32,000 bases of DNA from an uncultured Chloroflexia bacterium (GCA_963718915.1 CAVRAI010000014.1:60001-92000), one strand, 5' to 3'; shown: positions 7,354-16,414, numbered from the stretch's first letter. Notes: a model not told the origin generated them from the letters alone. Translations and numbers: made by a program.

Positions 7354-8667
7354 CTATCGTTGTGGCGCGGGCATGGCGGCTGAGGATACTGGATACTCCT
7401 TCAGCGTCACGGCGTTCGCCGACTTCTCGACCCCACTGGACATCAGCGCCTTGAGCGGCCAGTGCTCCATCATACGCATGACCTGATTGACCATCCACGC
7501 CTGCGTGCGCGACCTCGGCAACAGGAAGCCCTGTGCGCCGTCGGCGAACTTCTGGGCCTGCCTGACCGCTTCGTCCAGTTCGCACTGGTATCGGGCATAT
7601 GCGGCGGTGTAGTCGCCGCCAGCGGTCGCCAGTTCTCCCGCCAGCGTATACGCGCCCACCAGCGCCAGACTCGTCCCCATCCCAGACATCGGCGAGGGGC
7701 AGTAGGCGGCGTCTCCCAGCAGCGCCACCCGTCCGCTCGACCAGCGCTCCATGCGCACCTGGGCAACCTGGTCAAAGTAGAACTCGGGCGCGCTCCACAT
7801 TGCTTCGAGTAACCGGGGAATCTCCCATCCTTCTCCGGCGAATGTCTCCGCCAGGAGCTGCTTCTGCCGTGCGCTATCATGGCGATCAACGCGCAGATGC
7901 GGCATGGCAAAGTAGAACATGGCGCGCACTTCGGTGTTTTCCCGCACCGGATATAATCCAACGCTCTTGCCAGGCGCGCGCCGAGTTCCAGGCATCCGGT
8001 AGAACAGTTCCCAGCCATCGAGGTGATACGCATTGGGGGCGCTGAAGATGGCAACATAGCAGCCCATGTCGCGGGTGAATCGCGCCTCATCGCCGAACGC
8101 CAGCCTGCGCACGTTGGAGTGGAGGCCATCGGCGCCTATGACGAGATCGAAGGTGCGTGGCGTCCCGTGCTCGAAGGCCACATGCGCACCCTCGTCGTCC
8201 TGCCTGATGCTGGTGATGGAGTCGTCGAAGAGATACTCGACGTCGTTGCGCGTCGCCTCGTAGAGGATGCGTACCAGATCGCCGCGTAGAATCTCGATCT
8301 CGGCAATCAGGCCACCTGAGCCGTTCATGGTATCGGACCCCATGCTTACCAGCCGTTTGCCCGCGCTGTTGACCACAGACATGCCGTGCGTTCCAGTATG
8401 CGCCCGTTTGATGTCGTCCGTGATCCCCATACGCTCGACGACGACGCGGGCGGTTCCACGCAGGTCAATCGCCTGGCCGCCGCTGCGTGGCGCTGGCGCG
8501 CGCTCGACGATGGTGACGTTGAAACCGTAGTGGCGCAGCCAGTAGGCCAGCGCTGGCCCGGCGACACTCGCGCCGGAAATGAGGATGTTGCGTCGTGGTC
8601 TCCATAGTAGTCGATCTCCTCGCTGATGCTCGTCAATGCTCGTCGCGATATTGCACAAACGTGTCAC
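7354..8667 (-). CDS. FAD-dependent monooxygenase (group A flavin aromatic hydroxylase type)
   Basis: Dinucleotide-binding N-terminus NILISGASVAGPALAYWLRHYGFNVTIVERAP, plus DLVIGADGLHSNVRR and GRVALLGDAAYCPSPMSGMG motifs. The start is uncertain: GTG 8667 and TTG 8658 both lie inside operator 1. Confidence 0.8.
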   Translation of the reverse strand: MTRLCNIATSIDEHQRGDRLLWRPRRNILISGASVAGPALAYWLRHYGFNVTIVERAPAPRSGGQAIDLRGTARVVVERMGITDDIKRAHTGTHGMSVVNSAGKRLVSMGSDTMNGSGGLIAEIEILRGDLVRILYEATRNDVEYLFDDSITSIRQDDEGAHVAFEHGTPRTFDLVIGADGLHSNVRRLAFGDEARFTRDMGCYVAIFSAPNAYHLDGWELFYRMPGTRRAPGKSVGLYPVRENTEVRAMFYFAMPHLRVDRHDSARQKQLLAETFAGEGWEIPRLLEAMWSAPEFYFDQVAQVRMERWSSGRVALLGDAAYCPSPMSGMGTSLALVGAYTLAGELATAGGDYTAAYARYQCELDEAVRQAQKFADGAQGFLLPRSRTQAWMVNQVMRMMEHWPLKALMSSGVEKSANAVTLKEYPVSSAAMPAPQR

Positions 8668-8675
8668 ACATTTGT
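8655..8675. promoter_or_regulatory. 21-bp palindromic operator 1 (probable TetR site)
   Basis: acaaacgtgtcacacatttgt pairs at 9 of 10 positions around a central base. It overlaps the 5' end or leader of the monooxygenase gene. The half-site ACATTTGT occurs three times between 8668 and 8730. Confidence 0.65.
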
Positions 8676-8706
8676 CTTACACATTTGTACAACACGGTGG
8701 AGTAGT

Positions 8707-8735
8707 TTGACAAGTGTCTCAGACATTTGTACAAT
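8707..8735 (+). promoter_or_regulatory. sigma-70-type promoter for the TetR gene with operator 2 (8710-8730) in its spacer
   Basis: TTGACA (8707-8712), a 17-nt spacer and TACAAT (8730-8735). The spacer carries the palindrome acaagtgtctcagacatttgt, which pairs at 9 of 10 positions. Confidence 0.6.
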
Positions 8736-8804
8736 TTTGACCGACTGGGGATGATACTGATTTCGGTGAGGATGTTGTTGTTATGAGGTGGCTCGCTTAA
8801 GCGT

Positions 8805-8880
8805 GCCGGAAGCCCAAAGGCCCCGGCGAATCAGTGTATTCGCCCATTCGCCGTAGCGTTGACGCTACGGCTTGCCCGCC
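8805..8880. repeat. multi-hairpin dispersed repeat, copy A (in the tetR leader)
   Basis: The three modules are gccggaagcc-caaa-ggccccggc, ggcgaat-cagtgt-attcgcc and gccgtagcg-ttga-cgctacggc, followed by cttgcccgcc. Aligns with copies C, D and E. Confidence 0.7.
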
Positions 8881-8935
8881 CACACAACAACCCAGACGAA
8901 GTTAGTATGGTTCTTTTCACTGGGGGGACTACTAT

Positions 8936-9535
8936 ATGGGCAATCGCGAAGACCTGCTTGCTGGCGCGCAGCGCTGTTTGTATGAGAAGGGCTATGCGCG
9001 CACCACCGCGCGCGACATCGCGGCGGCCTCCGGCGTGAGCCTGGCGGCTATCGGCTACCATTTTGGGTCGGTGGAGGCGCTGCTGAACGCGGCGATGATT
9101 CAGTCTATTGACGACTGGGGCCAGCAGCTAGGCCGCGACCTGGCCGCCGACTCCGAGCGCTACGCCACGATGGAGCCGCTGGAGCGATTCGCGGCGATCT
9201 GGACGCGCGTGATCGAATCGCTGGAGACGGAACGGGCGCTGTGGGTGGCGACGCTCGAGGTCGCCGCGCAGATCGAGCGCGCGCCGGAGGTTCGCGCGTT
9301 CCTGGCCGACGCCCTCCAGCAGGGACGACTGGGGCTGGCGCAGTTGTTCCAGGGCATCGACCCCGTGAGCGATGAGCATACCGCATGGATGGTTGGCTCG
9401 CTCTATCAGGCGCTGATGTCGGGTGTGGTGGTGCAGTGGCTGGCCGACCCTGAGCGCGCCCCCTCCGGCGACGATCTCGCCAACGCGCTGCGCATCATCA
9501 CGGAGACGGTTGAGGACAGGACAACAGGCGGATGA
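8936..9535 (+). CDS. TetR/AcrR family transcriptional regulator
   Basis: N-terminal HTH region: LLAGAQRCLYEKGYARTTARDIAAASGVSLAAIGYHFGSVEALL. Divergent from the monooxygenase gene. G-rich RBS (gggggga) upstream of the ATG. Confidence 0.9.
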   Translation: MGNREDLLAGAQRCLYEKGYARTTARDIAAASGVSLAAIGYHFGSVEALLNAAMIQSIDDWGQQLGRDLAADSERYATMEPLERFAAIWTRVIESLETERALWVATLEVAAQIERAPEVRAFLADALQQGRLGLAQLFQGIDPVSDEHTAWMVGSLYQALMSGVVVQWLADPERAPSGDDLANALRIITETVEDRTTGG

Positions 9536-9661
9536 TATCATGGTCCGCGGTATCCGGGCAGCGCCGTTGGCTGATAAGTCCTGCCACAGTTGATTGGAGC
9601 AGCGCCTTGACCGAAACGATACTATTGCCTCGTTGTCGAAAACGCCCTCGCTCAGTACGAG

Positions 9662-10105
9662 ATGGCCTACACGGTTCTTGAATGCTTGCCGGAGCTTGCC
9701 GACACCGCCGCCTTCTGCGAGTATTACCATGTCGCGCTCGACCAGTCCGCGAACACGATTCTGGTGGCATCGCGAAAAGTCGAGCCAACCAGATATGCCA
9801 TATGCGTCGTCCTCGCCACGACCCGATTAGATGTCAATCAGAAGGTCTGCGAGCTGTTAGACGTGAGGAAGGCGTCCTTTGCCAATGCGGAAACGACGAT
9901 GCAACGCACCAGCATGCTGATTGGTGGCGTCACCGCGATTGGCGTCTCCGATATGCCCATCTATCTCGATAGCGCCGTCATGCAGCCGGAGCAAGTGGTC
10001 ATGGGCGGCGGCAACCGCTCCAGTAAGATTCTCCTCGATCCACAGGAGCTGCTGAAGCTGCCCAATATAGAGGTCATCGAAGGGCTAGCCAGGCCAAAGG
10101 AATGA
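9662..10105 (+). CDS. YbaK/ProX-type aminoacyl-tRNA trans-editing deacylase domain protein
   Basis: 147 aa. The MLIGGVTAIGVSDMPIYLDSAV...VVMGGGNRSSKILLDPQEL pattern is typical of the YbaK/EbsC fold. Confidence 0.75.
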   Translation: MAYTVLECLPELADTAAFCEYYHVALDQSANTILVASRKVEPTRYAICVVLATTRLDVNQKVCELLDVRKASFANAETTMQRTSMLIGGVTAIGVSDMPIYLDSAVMQPEQVVMGGGNRSSKILLDPQELLKLPNIEVIEGLARPKE

Positions 10106-10144
10106 TTCGCATATTGGTTTGAGGCAGTGTATTTGGGGAGACAT

Positions 10145-10170
10145 GCCGTAGCCTGAAGGCCACGGCGAAT
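10145..10170. repeat. multi-hairpin dispersed repeat, copy B (truncated to hairpin 1 plus the GAAT box)
   Basis: gccgtagcc-tgaa-ggccacggc-gaat lies between convergent genes (YbaK stop 10105, DprE1-like stop 10179). The ggccacggcgaat segment is identical to copy D. Confidence 0.55.
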
Positions 10171-10178
10171 GGGCGCTA

Positions 10179-11606
10179 TCATTCCCCAAACAGCGGGGCG
10201 ATGGCGCGCTGATAGAGGTCGGTGGTGAGCAGCCCCCGCGGATCGTGTTGCTGCTTGAGCGTGTGGAAGCGTTCGAGTGCGTCGCCATACATGCGCTGTG
10301 TCTGCGCGGGCGCCAGTGTGCTATCCTTGGCGAAGTAGATACGCCCGCCCGCCTCGGCGGTGACATCGTTGAGCGCACCCAGCAGCTTCCGCAGCTTTTC
10401 TTCCTGTCCTCGCCGCACGGGATAATCCAGCGCCAGCGAGTAGCCATCCACCAGGCAACTGAGCAGCGCATCGGAGGCGCGGTGCTTCTTCAGCACGACG
10501 AAACTCGGTGTCAGCCCGGCGCGCTGCGAGCGGTCGAGCATCTCGCGAAAGGCGGCGCTGGCGGCCTCAGCGGGAATCATGCTCTGATGCTGCAACAGGC
10601 CACCGGGCCGATAGCTCTCGCGCCAGTCGGGGATAGCGTCCAGCGGGAAGTTCGCGCCGACATAGCTGCTAAGGTGCGAGCTTCGATGACGCACTCCCTG
10701 GCCGCTCATCCACTGGCCGCGATTGGAGAGCCAGACGCCCGCCGGACTGGTCAGCGGGCGCGCCAGCCGTGGCAGCCAGCCCTTCGGCAGCCGCGCCGCG
10801 AGGGGCGTACGGTGCGTCTGGTAGGCCTCGGTGAGGGTAAGTTCGGGATGGGCGTCTTCGTCGGGTTCGAGGTCACGCGACATCTTCAGCAGGCCACGGC
10901 CCAGCCGTTTCCCGCGCGCGCTGCTATCGATCCACGCCACCAGATCGGTCGCCCAGGTGGTCGCCTCGTCTAGCGCGGCGATGAGTTCGTCGAGTGAGTT
11001 GTGTACCGAGGTAACCTCCCAGACGTTGCCGGACTGCACGCGCCGTGTCTGGAGTGTCAGCGCGGTGAACGCGCCAAGCAGGCCCATCCCGCCGACGGTC
11101 GCCGCGAAGAGGTCGCTATTGCTCTCGCGCGAACAGGTGAGGGTCTGGCCGGAAGGCAGCAGCAGATCGAACGCTAGGAGGCTCTCATCGAACGCGCCAG
11201 CATGCCAGTTATTCTTGCCATGCGCCTGCATCGCCGCCGCGCCGCCCACCGTGACCGCGCTCGTGCCGGGAACCACCATGGGCCACCAACCGTCGGGGAG
11301 CGTCCGCCGCCAGACCTGCGCGATGGTCACGCCCGGCTCGACGGTGATCCGTCCGCTCTCGGCGTCCCACGCCTGGATACGATTCAGCCGCGAGCAATCC
11401 AGCACCAGCGCGTTGGCGTTGAGCGCGGCGTCGCCATAACTGCATCCCGCGCCACGCAGCGCGACCGTCTGGCCAGCGCGCGCCGCCTCGGCGAATATAT
11501 CCGCGATATCGGCTACCGCTTCAGGCCGCGCTACCTTGCAGCGGGCGGACTGCGCCAGTCCCCAGCCGGTCAGTTCTTCATCCATGACATCGAGCGCAAC
11601 AGACAT
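10179..11606 (-). CDS. DprE1-like FAD-binding (PCMH/FAD_binding_4) oxidoreductase
   Basis: LTGWG, RGAGCSYGDAALN, VTVGGAAAMQAHGKNNW, GGLLQHQSMIPAEA, GGRIYFAKDS and the QQHDPRGLLTTDLYQR tail match, from memory, the blocks of M. tuberculosis DprE1: LTGWGR, RGLGRSYGDNAQN, VTVGGAIACDIHGKNHH, GFLQYQFVIPTEA, GGRLYTAKDS. I prefer the ATG at 11606 (MSVALDVMDEELTGWG). The longer ORF to 11825 overlaps the upstream gene. Confidence 0.8.
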   Translation of the reverse strand: MSVALDVMDEELTGWGLAQSARCKVARPEAVADIADIFAEAARAGQTVALRGAGCSYGDAALNANALVLDCSRLNRIQAWDAESGRITVEPGVTIAQVWRRTLPDGWWPMVVPGTSAVTVGGAAAMQAHGKNNWHAGAFDESLLAFDLLLPSGQTLTCSRESNSDLFAATVGGMGLLGAFTALTLQTRRVQSGNVWEVTSVHNSLDELIAALDEATTWATDLVAWIDSSARGKRLGRGLLKMSRDLEPDEDAHPELTLTEAYQTHRTPLAARLPKGWLPRLARPLTSPAGVWLSNRGQWMSGQGVRHRSSHLSSYVGANFPLDAIPDWRESYRPGGLLQHQSMIPAEAASAAFREMLDRSQRAGLTPSFVVLKKHRASDALLSCLVDGYSLALDYPVRRGQEEKLRKLLGALNDVTAEAGGRIYFAKDSTLAPAQTQRMYGDALERFHTLKQQHDPRGLLTTDLYQRAIAPLFGE

Positions 11607-11679
11607 AATTGCGAGTTCTTTCTTGATATTACCTTGGCAACGCGAGCTATGAGTATCCCGCATGCGGCATTCGTGATAT

Positions 11680-12111
11680 TTAGCCCCATCTAGCTCGCGA
11701 TGGCGTGCCGGTAACGAGTATGTGGCCCGAACGAGCATCGAAGACGATAAAGGCCGTACTTTTCGGCGCAGGCGCACTTTGTGAACGACCCGGCGCCGGA
11801 GGGCCAAAGACGCGGAATTCGCCACTCAATTCCACATAACAGACAGCCAGATCCGCCGAGTAGTTAGCCTCGAATGCATCATCTGCCGTTGCATGGCCTA
11901 CATCTCGTATCGTAGCAAACATGACATGAGTCACCGTTGGGTGGCCGACCACCTGAATTTTGCCAAGGGGAGCATTTCGGCCAAGGTAATCACGCACATC
12001 CTTCTCAGAAAACGAAGGGACGGAGTTGCCACGCGGTTGAATGGCTGGCCGACCTCTATCCACCATAGCATCCGCTCCTCTATTCCGACTACTCGCCAGG
12101 AAGGACCTCAT
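11680..12111 (-). CDS. hypothetical small protein (up to 143 aa) between the DprE2-like and DprE1-like genes
   Basis: ORF in the operon direction with non-repetitive, plausible composition (EKDVRDYLGRNAPLGKIQVVGHPTVTHVMFATIRDV...). Lower G+C than its flanks. No family recognised. An alternative start is at 12066. Confidence 0.45.
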   Translation of the reverse strand: MRSFLASSRNRGADAMVDRGRPAIQPRGNSVPSFSEKDVRDYLGRNAPLGKIQVVGHPTVTHVMFATIRDVGHATADDAFEANYSADLAVCYVELSGEFRVFGPPAPGRSQSAPAPKSTAFIVFDARSGHILVTGTPSRARWG

Positions 12112-12168
12112 CCCAACTCTTCCCTACAAATGGAGAGTGGCCGCAGGCTGGGAGAGGTTAGCTACAGC

Positions 12169-12987
12169 CTACACTGGCAGGCGCGTCATCACAAAGGCGG
12201 GCAGCTGGCGGATCGTCCACATGATGGGTCGCCAGTAGCCCGGCACGTAGGCCACGGCACGCCCGCGTTCGGCGGCGGAGACGATATGGCGCGCGGCCTC
12301 CTCGGGCGAGATGGTGGCCCGCGCGGGCAGCTTCAACGCGGCAGTCATCGGCGTGGCGACGTAGCCCGGCTTGACCGTGACCACCCGCACCCCGCTCCCC
12401 TTGAGACGATAGCGCAGCGATTCCAGCCAGGTGGTCAGCGCCGCCTTCGACGCCTGATAGGCGCTGTTGCCGCGCCGCCCGCGCTCGCCCGCCACCGACG
12501 ATACTCCGACCAGCGTGCCGCTCCCCCGCGCCGTGAACAGGTCGGCGGCCAGCCCCAGCCAGCGCATCGCGCCGATGGTATTCGTTTCGAGCATAGCGCG
12601 CTCGTCCTCGAACGGCCAGTCGCCCGTCGCGCTATCCGGCGGAGGCATGATACCCGCAGTATAGACGACCATCTGGAGCATCTGCCCTCCCAGATCGGTC
12701 ACAATCTGGCGCAGCAGAGCGGGCGCGGCATCGTAGTCGCGCACATCATGGGCATAGGCGCGGGCGCACTCGCGGCCAGCGGCATCGTTGAGATCGCCAC
12801 ACAAGCTGGCCAGTTTATCCTCATTCCGCGCCACCAGCGCTAGCGTGTAACCCCGGTGCGCCAGCTCGCGGGCCACCGCCGCGCCGATGCCGCTGGAGGC
12901 GCCAATCACCAGCGCGCCGCGCCCTGATGCGTCGGCTGGTACGGGCAGCGTTGGCAGCGTTGGCTGCGTCATAGGGTGGTCCGTCAT
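12169..12987 (-). CDS. DprE2-like short-chain dehydrogenase/reductase
   Basis: Cofactor motif GASSGIG and catalytic region SSVAGERGRRGNSAYQASKAAL (YxxxK). The tail YVPGYWRPIMWTIRQLPAFVMTRLPV resembles, from memory, the Rv3791 tail ...[21 protein letters not shown]. The ATG at 12987 overlaps the nuoN stop (ATGA at 12984-12987). An alternative ATG is at 12972. Confidence 0.8.
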   Translation of the reverse strand: MTDHPMTQPTLPTLPVPADASGRGALVIGASSGIGAAVARELAHRGYTLALVARNEDKLASLCGDLNDAAGRECARAYAHDVRDYDAAPALLRQIVTDLGGQMLQMVVYTAGIMPPPDSATGDWPFEDERAMLETNTIGAMRWLGLAADLFTARGSGTLVGVSSVAGERGRRGNSAYQASKAALTTWLESLRYRLKGSGVRVVTVKPGYVATPMTAALKLPARATISPEEAARHIVSAAERGRAVAYVPGYWRPIMWTIRQLPAFVMTRLPV

Positions 12988-14618
12988 TTGATGAGCGTCT
13001 GCGCTGCCATGAGCGCCCAGTTCACCAGTTGCATCGGCACAATGCCCAGCGCGAGCGTGAGGATGCCCGCCAGCCCCAGGCCGATCCAGGTGACGGGATG
13101 CACTGGCGCAGGCTCCGCCGAGAGCACTTTCTGTGCGGTGGCGACACTGATGGCGGTTGCTGGCTCGGCGACGGCGACGCCGCCCGCAGAGGTTGTCACG
13201 ACCGGCTCACTGGCCGGGGCAGGCTCATCAGCTGTTACCAGCAGTGGCGCGGTGGCTGGCTCGATGAAGTACATTGCCCAGATGACACGCAGGTAGTAGT
13301 ACATGCCAAGCAGGCTGGCCAGCACGCCGATGATTGCTAACTCGACATGCGCGCCCTGCATCGCCGCGTAGAAGACGTACCACTTGCCGATAAAGCCCGC
13401 CGTCGCGGGAATGCCCGCCAGCCCCAGCATGAAGACCGCCATCAGCGCCGCCAGCGCCGGATTGCGGCGACTTAGCCCAGCGAAATCGTCCAGCGTCGTC
13501 CCCTGGCCATCGCGCCGCTCTATCGCCAGCACCACGCCGAACGCGCCGAGATTCATCACGGCATAGGTCGCCAGATAGATCAGCAGGGCCTGCAAGGATG
13601 CCTGCGTATGGGTGGCGATGGTCACCATCATGTAGCCAGCGTTCGCCACGCTCGAATACGCCAGCATCCGCTTGACATCGCGCTGGGTCACCGCCAGCAG
13701 GTTGCCGCCAACCATCGTCAGTATGGCGACGGTCCAGAAGACTGGCTCCCACTCTGGCCGGAGCGACGAGAGCGCGAAGAGAAAGACCCGCGCCAGTCCG
13801 ACGAACGCCGCGACCTTGGTGCCGACCGACATGAACGCCGTCACCGAGGTCGGCGCGCCGACGTAGACATCCGGTGTCCATGCCTGGAACGGGATCGCCG
13901 ATACCTTGAAGCAGAAGCCGACCGCCATCAGTCCCAGCGCCACCAGCAACAGCGGCCCAAACCCGGAGCCAAGTGGCGAGTCGCGATGGCTGCTCAGGAA
14001 GGCGCGAATCGCGGTGAGGTTGGTTGAGCCGGTCGCGCCATAGGTGAGCGCCATGCCATAGAGCAGGAACGCGGATGCGAACGAGCTGAGGATGAAATAC
14101 TTCATGCCCGCTTCCTGCGAGCGGCGCCGGGTGGTGATGATGGCCGAAAGGACGTAAAGGGCCAGCGAAAGCACCTCCAGCCCGATGAAGAGAATCATCA
14201 GGTTGCTGGCGGCGGACATCAGCATCATGCCCAACGCGGCCAGCAGCATCAGCGTGTAATATTCGCCCTCGTGAACAATGCCCTGACGTTCGAGATAGCC
14301 CGGCGAGAAGAGCAACGCGACGCCCACCGCGAAGAGGATGACGACATTGGCGAAGAGCGCGACACGGTCGTCGTTGACCATGCCAAAGAAGGCGTCGCCA
14401 TTGGTTCCATCCATCCAGAGCATCACCGTGGCGAAGAGCGCGCCGCCGACTCCCGCCAGCCCAATCACCGCCAGCCAGCCTTTGCGCCCGGGCACGGCGA
14501 CCAGATCGGCGAGCAGCGTCAGCAGACCCGCGACCAGTATTATCAGCTCTGGCCAGATGTGCAGCCAGTCGGTGAAGTCAGGGGTAAACGTGAATGGTGA
14601 AATAACCGCAATCGTCAT
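12984..14618 (-). CDS. nuoN: NADH-quinone oxidoreductase subunit N
   Basis: Polytopic antiporter-like subunit at the last position of the nuo order. ATGA overlap with the nuoM stop at 14615-14618. Confidence 0.92.
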   Translation of the reverse strand: MTIAVISPFTFTPDFTDWLHIWPELIILVAGLLTLLADLVAVPGRKGWLAVIGLAGVGGALFATVMLWMDGTNGDAFFGMVNDDRVALFANVVILFAVGVALLFSPGYLERQGIVHEGEYYTLMLLAALGMMLMSAASNLMILFIGLEVLSLALYVLSAIITTRRRSQEAGMKYFILSSFASAFLLYGMALTYGATGSTNLTAIRAFLSSHRDSPLGSGFGPLLLVALGLMAVGFCFKVSAIPFQAWTPDVYVGAPTSVTAFMSVGTKVAAFVGLARVFLFALSSLRPEWEPVFWTVAILTMVGGNLLAVTQRDVKRMLAYSSVANAGYMMVTIATHTQASLQALLIYLATYAVMNLGAFGVVLAIERRDGQGTTLDDFAGLSRRNPALAALMAVFMLGLAGIPATAGFIGKWYVFYAAMQGAHVELAIIGVLASLLGMYYYLRVIWAMYFIEPATAPLLVTADEPAPASEPVVTTSAGGVAVAEPATAISVATAQKVLSAEPAPVHPVTWIGLGLAGILTLALGIVPMQLVNWALMAAQTLIK

Positions 14619-16267
14619 GCGCTGACCCCCGCATCTTCTCTCTCGCTCGACACCAGTGGGCGCGCCACCTCTAGCTCATACGCACGATTCATTCGCGCCT
14701 CAGCGATTTCCCGCGTGCTGATGGTATGGATGCCCATGCCCAGTGGCCCGCCCGCACTCGTGTGATACTGGCTCAGAATTTCGCCGACGGGCCGCTCCAT
14801 GGGCCTGGTGAGCACGTTCGGCACGAACCCCAGGAAGAAGATCAGTGCGAGCAGCGGCAGCAGTGGCAACCACTCGCCCATACGCAGGTCAGCCGCCTTC
14901 TTCGCGCTGGCGACCGCGTTCGCGCTGCCCTCGGCAGCAGGAGCTATACCCTCCATCGCGCCCTGGAAGAACCGGAGCATATACCACGCCGCTGGGATGA
15001 CGACCAGCGTCCCCAGCACGCCGAAGAGCGTACTTGACTGGAAGGTTCCCAGGAAGGCCAGGAACTCGCCCGCGAAACTGTTGAGGCCTGGCAGACCCAG
15101 CGCCGACATCGCCGCGATCATAAAGACGGCGGCCAGCCAGGGGAGCTTCGTCGCCAGCGCGCCAAAATCCGCCAGCCGCCGCGTGCCTGTGCGCGTCTCG
15201 ATGGCGCCCGCGATCAGGAAGAGCGCTGCGATGACGATGCCGTGGTTGACCATCTGGACGACGGCGCCCTCCACGCCCTGGATGTTGAGCGCGAAGATGC
15301 CCAGCACGATCACGCCCAGGTGGCTGATGCTGACATAGGCTAGCAGCTTGATGAAGTCGAGCGCGACCAGCGCCTGTAGCGCGAAGTAAAGGATGCTGAC
15401 GACAGCCAGCGTCTCCATCAGCGGGGTCAGCGTATGCACCGCCTGCGGGAAGAGCGGCAGGCAGAAGCGGACGAAGCCATAGACGCCCGTCTTGGCCATG
15501 ACGCCCGCGATGAGCACGACCACCGGGATCGGCGACTGGCTATAGGCGTCGGGCACCCAGCCGTGCAGCGGGAAGAGACCGGTCTTGACGGCGAAGGCGG
15601 CGGCGAACGCCAGGAAGAGCAGCACCTGGGGATGGTCGGGCACGCCCGCGTTGAGCAGCGCCGAGAGATCGAGGTTGAAGGCGGTTCCGTGCGCGTCGCT
15701 GACGGCGATGCCCGTGGCGATGATGCCAACGAGCATCAGCAGTGAGCCAGCGCTGGTATAGAGCACAAACTTGATGGCGGCGTCACCGCGCCGTGGTCCA
15801 CCGAACATGCCCAGCAGCAGGTAGGCAGGCACCAGCATCACTTCCCAGAAGACGTAGAAGAGGAAGAGATTGGTCGCCAGAAAGACGCCCTGCATGCCGA
15901 AGCTGAAGAGCAGCATCAGCGTGAAATACTGGCGCGACCGGTCGCCCGCCCGCGCGATGTTGAACGACGCGCCAACGGCAATCAGCGTCAGCAGCGCGTT
16001 GAGGCTGAGCAGGTAGAGGTTGATGCCATCGGCGCTCACGGTGTAGTTGATGCCCGTGCCGGGCAGCCAGGGCGCGTGCTCGGTGATCGCCAGCATGCGG
16101 GAGCCGTCGAGGCCCAGACGCGGAATCAGCGCGAGGGCGAGCGCCAGATCCACCAGCGCCGCCAGCAGCGCCCAGCCCCAGCCGACCAGCCGTGGCAGGA
16201 GCAGCGCGCCGATGGCGCCGACGAGCGGCACGAAGAGAATTGCGCTCAACACCGGAAAGTTTGACAT
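14615..16267 (-). CDS. nuoM: NADH-quinone oxidoreductase subunit M
   Basis: Antiporter-like subunit (FYVFWEVMLVPAYLLLG, HGWVPDAY) in the expected operon position. Confidence 0.92.
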   Translation of the reverse strand: MSNFPVLSAILFVPLVGAIGALLLPRLVGWGWALLAALVDLALALALIPRLGLDGSRMLAITEHAPWLPGTGINYTVSADGINLYLLSLNALLTLIAVGASFNIARAGDRSRQYFTLMLLFSFGMQGVFLATNLFLFYVFWEVMLVPAYLLLGMFGGPRRGDAAIKFVLYTSAGSLLMLVGIIATGIAVSDAHGTAFNLDLSALLNAGVPDHPQVLLFLAFAAAFAVKTGLFPLHGWVPDAYSQSPIPVVVLIAGVMAKTGVYGFVRFCLPLFPQAVHTLTPLMETLAVVSILYFALQALVALDFIKLLAYVSISHLGVIVLGIFALNIQGVEGAVVQMVNHGIVIAALFLIAGAIETRTGTRRLADFGALATKLPWLAAVFMIAAMSALGLPGLNSFAGEFLAFLGTFQSSTLFGVLGTLVVIPAAWYMLRFFQGAMEGIAPAAEGSANAVASAKKAADLRMGEWLPLLPLLALIFFLGFVPNVLTRPMERPVGEILSQYHTSAGGPLGMGIHTISTREIAEARMNRAYELEVARPLVSSEREDAGVSA

Positions 16268-16274
16268 AGACCTC

Positions 16275-16303
16275 TATCCAGACCGTTCCCACTCATGGGT
16301 GGA
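16275..16303. repeat. 29-bp direct repeat, left copy (pseudo-copy of the nuoL 3' end just upstream of the nuoM start)
   Basis: tatccagaccgttcccactcatgggtgga matches 16415-16443 at 27 of 29 positions, 140 bp away. Confidence 0.9.
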
Positions 16304-16322
16304 TTGTTTTTCAGCAACGTGT

Positions 16323-16394
16323 CGGAGCCTGAAGGCTCCGGCGAATTCCGCCTCCGATGATTAGCCGCGGCATTGATGCCGCCGACAGCCCGCC
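16323..16394. repeat. multi-hairpin dispersed repeat, copy C (nuoL-nuoM spacer)
   Basis: Reads cggagcc-tgaa-ggctccg, then gcgaatt, then gccgcggca-ttga-tgccgccgac, then agcccgcc. Collinear with copy D. Confidence 0.75.
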
Positions 16395-16414
16395 AATTCC
16401 GCAAACGGTTTTCG

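Noticed and set aside
10179-11825. The full 548-aa version of the DprE1-like ORF.
   Set aside because: The first 73 residues are basic, low-quality sequence that overlaps the upstream small ORF. Homology blocks begin right after the internal ATG at 11606.
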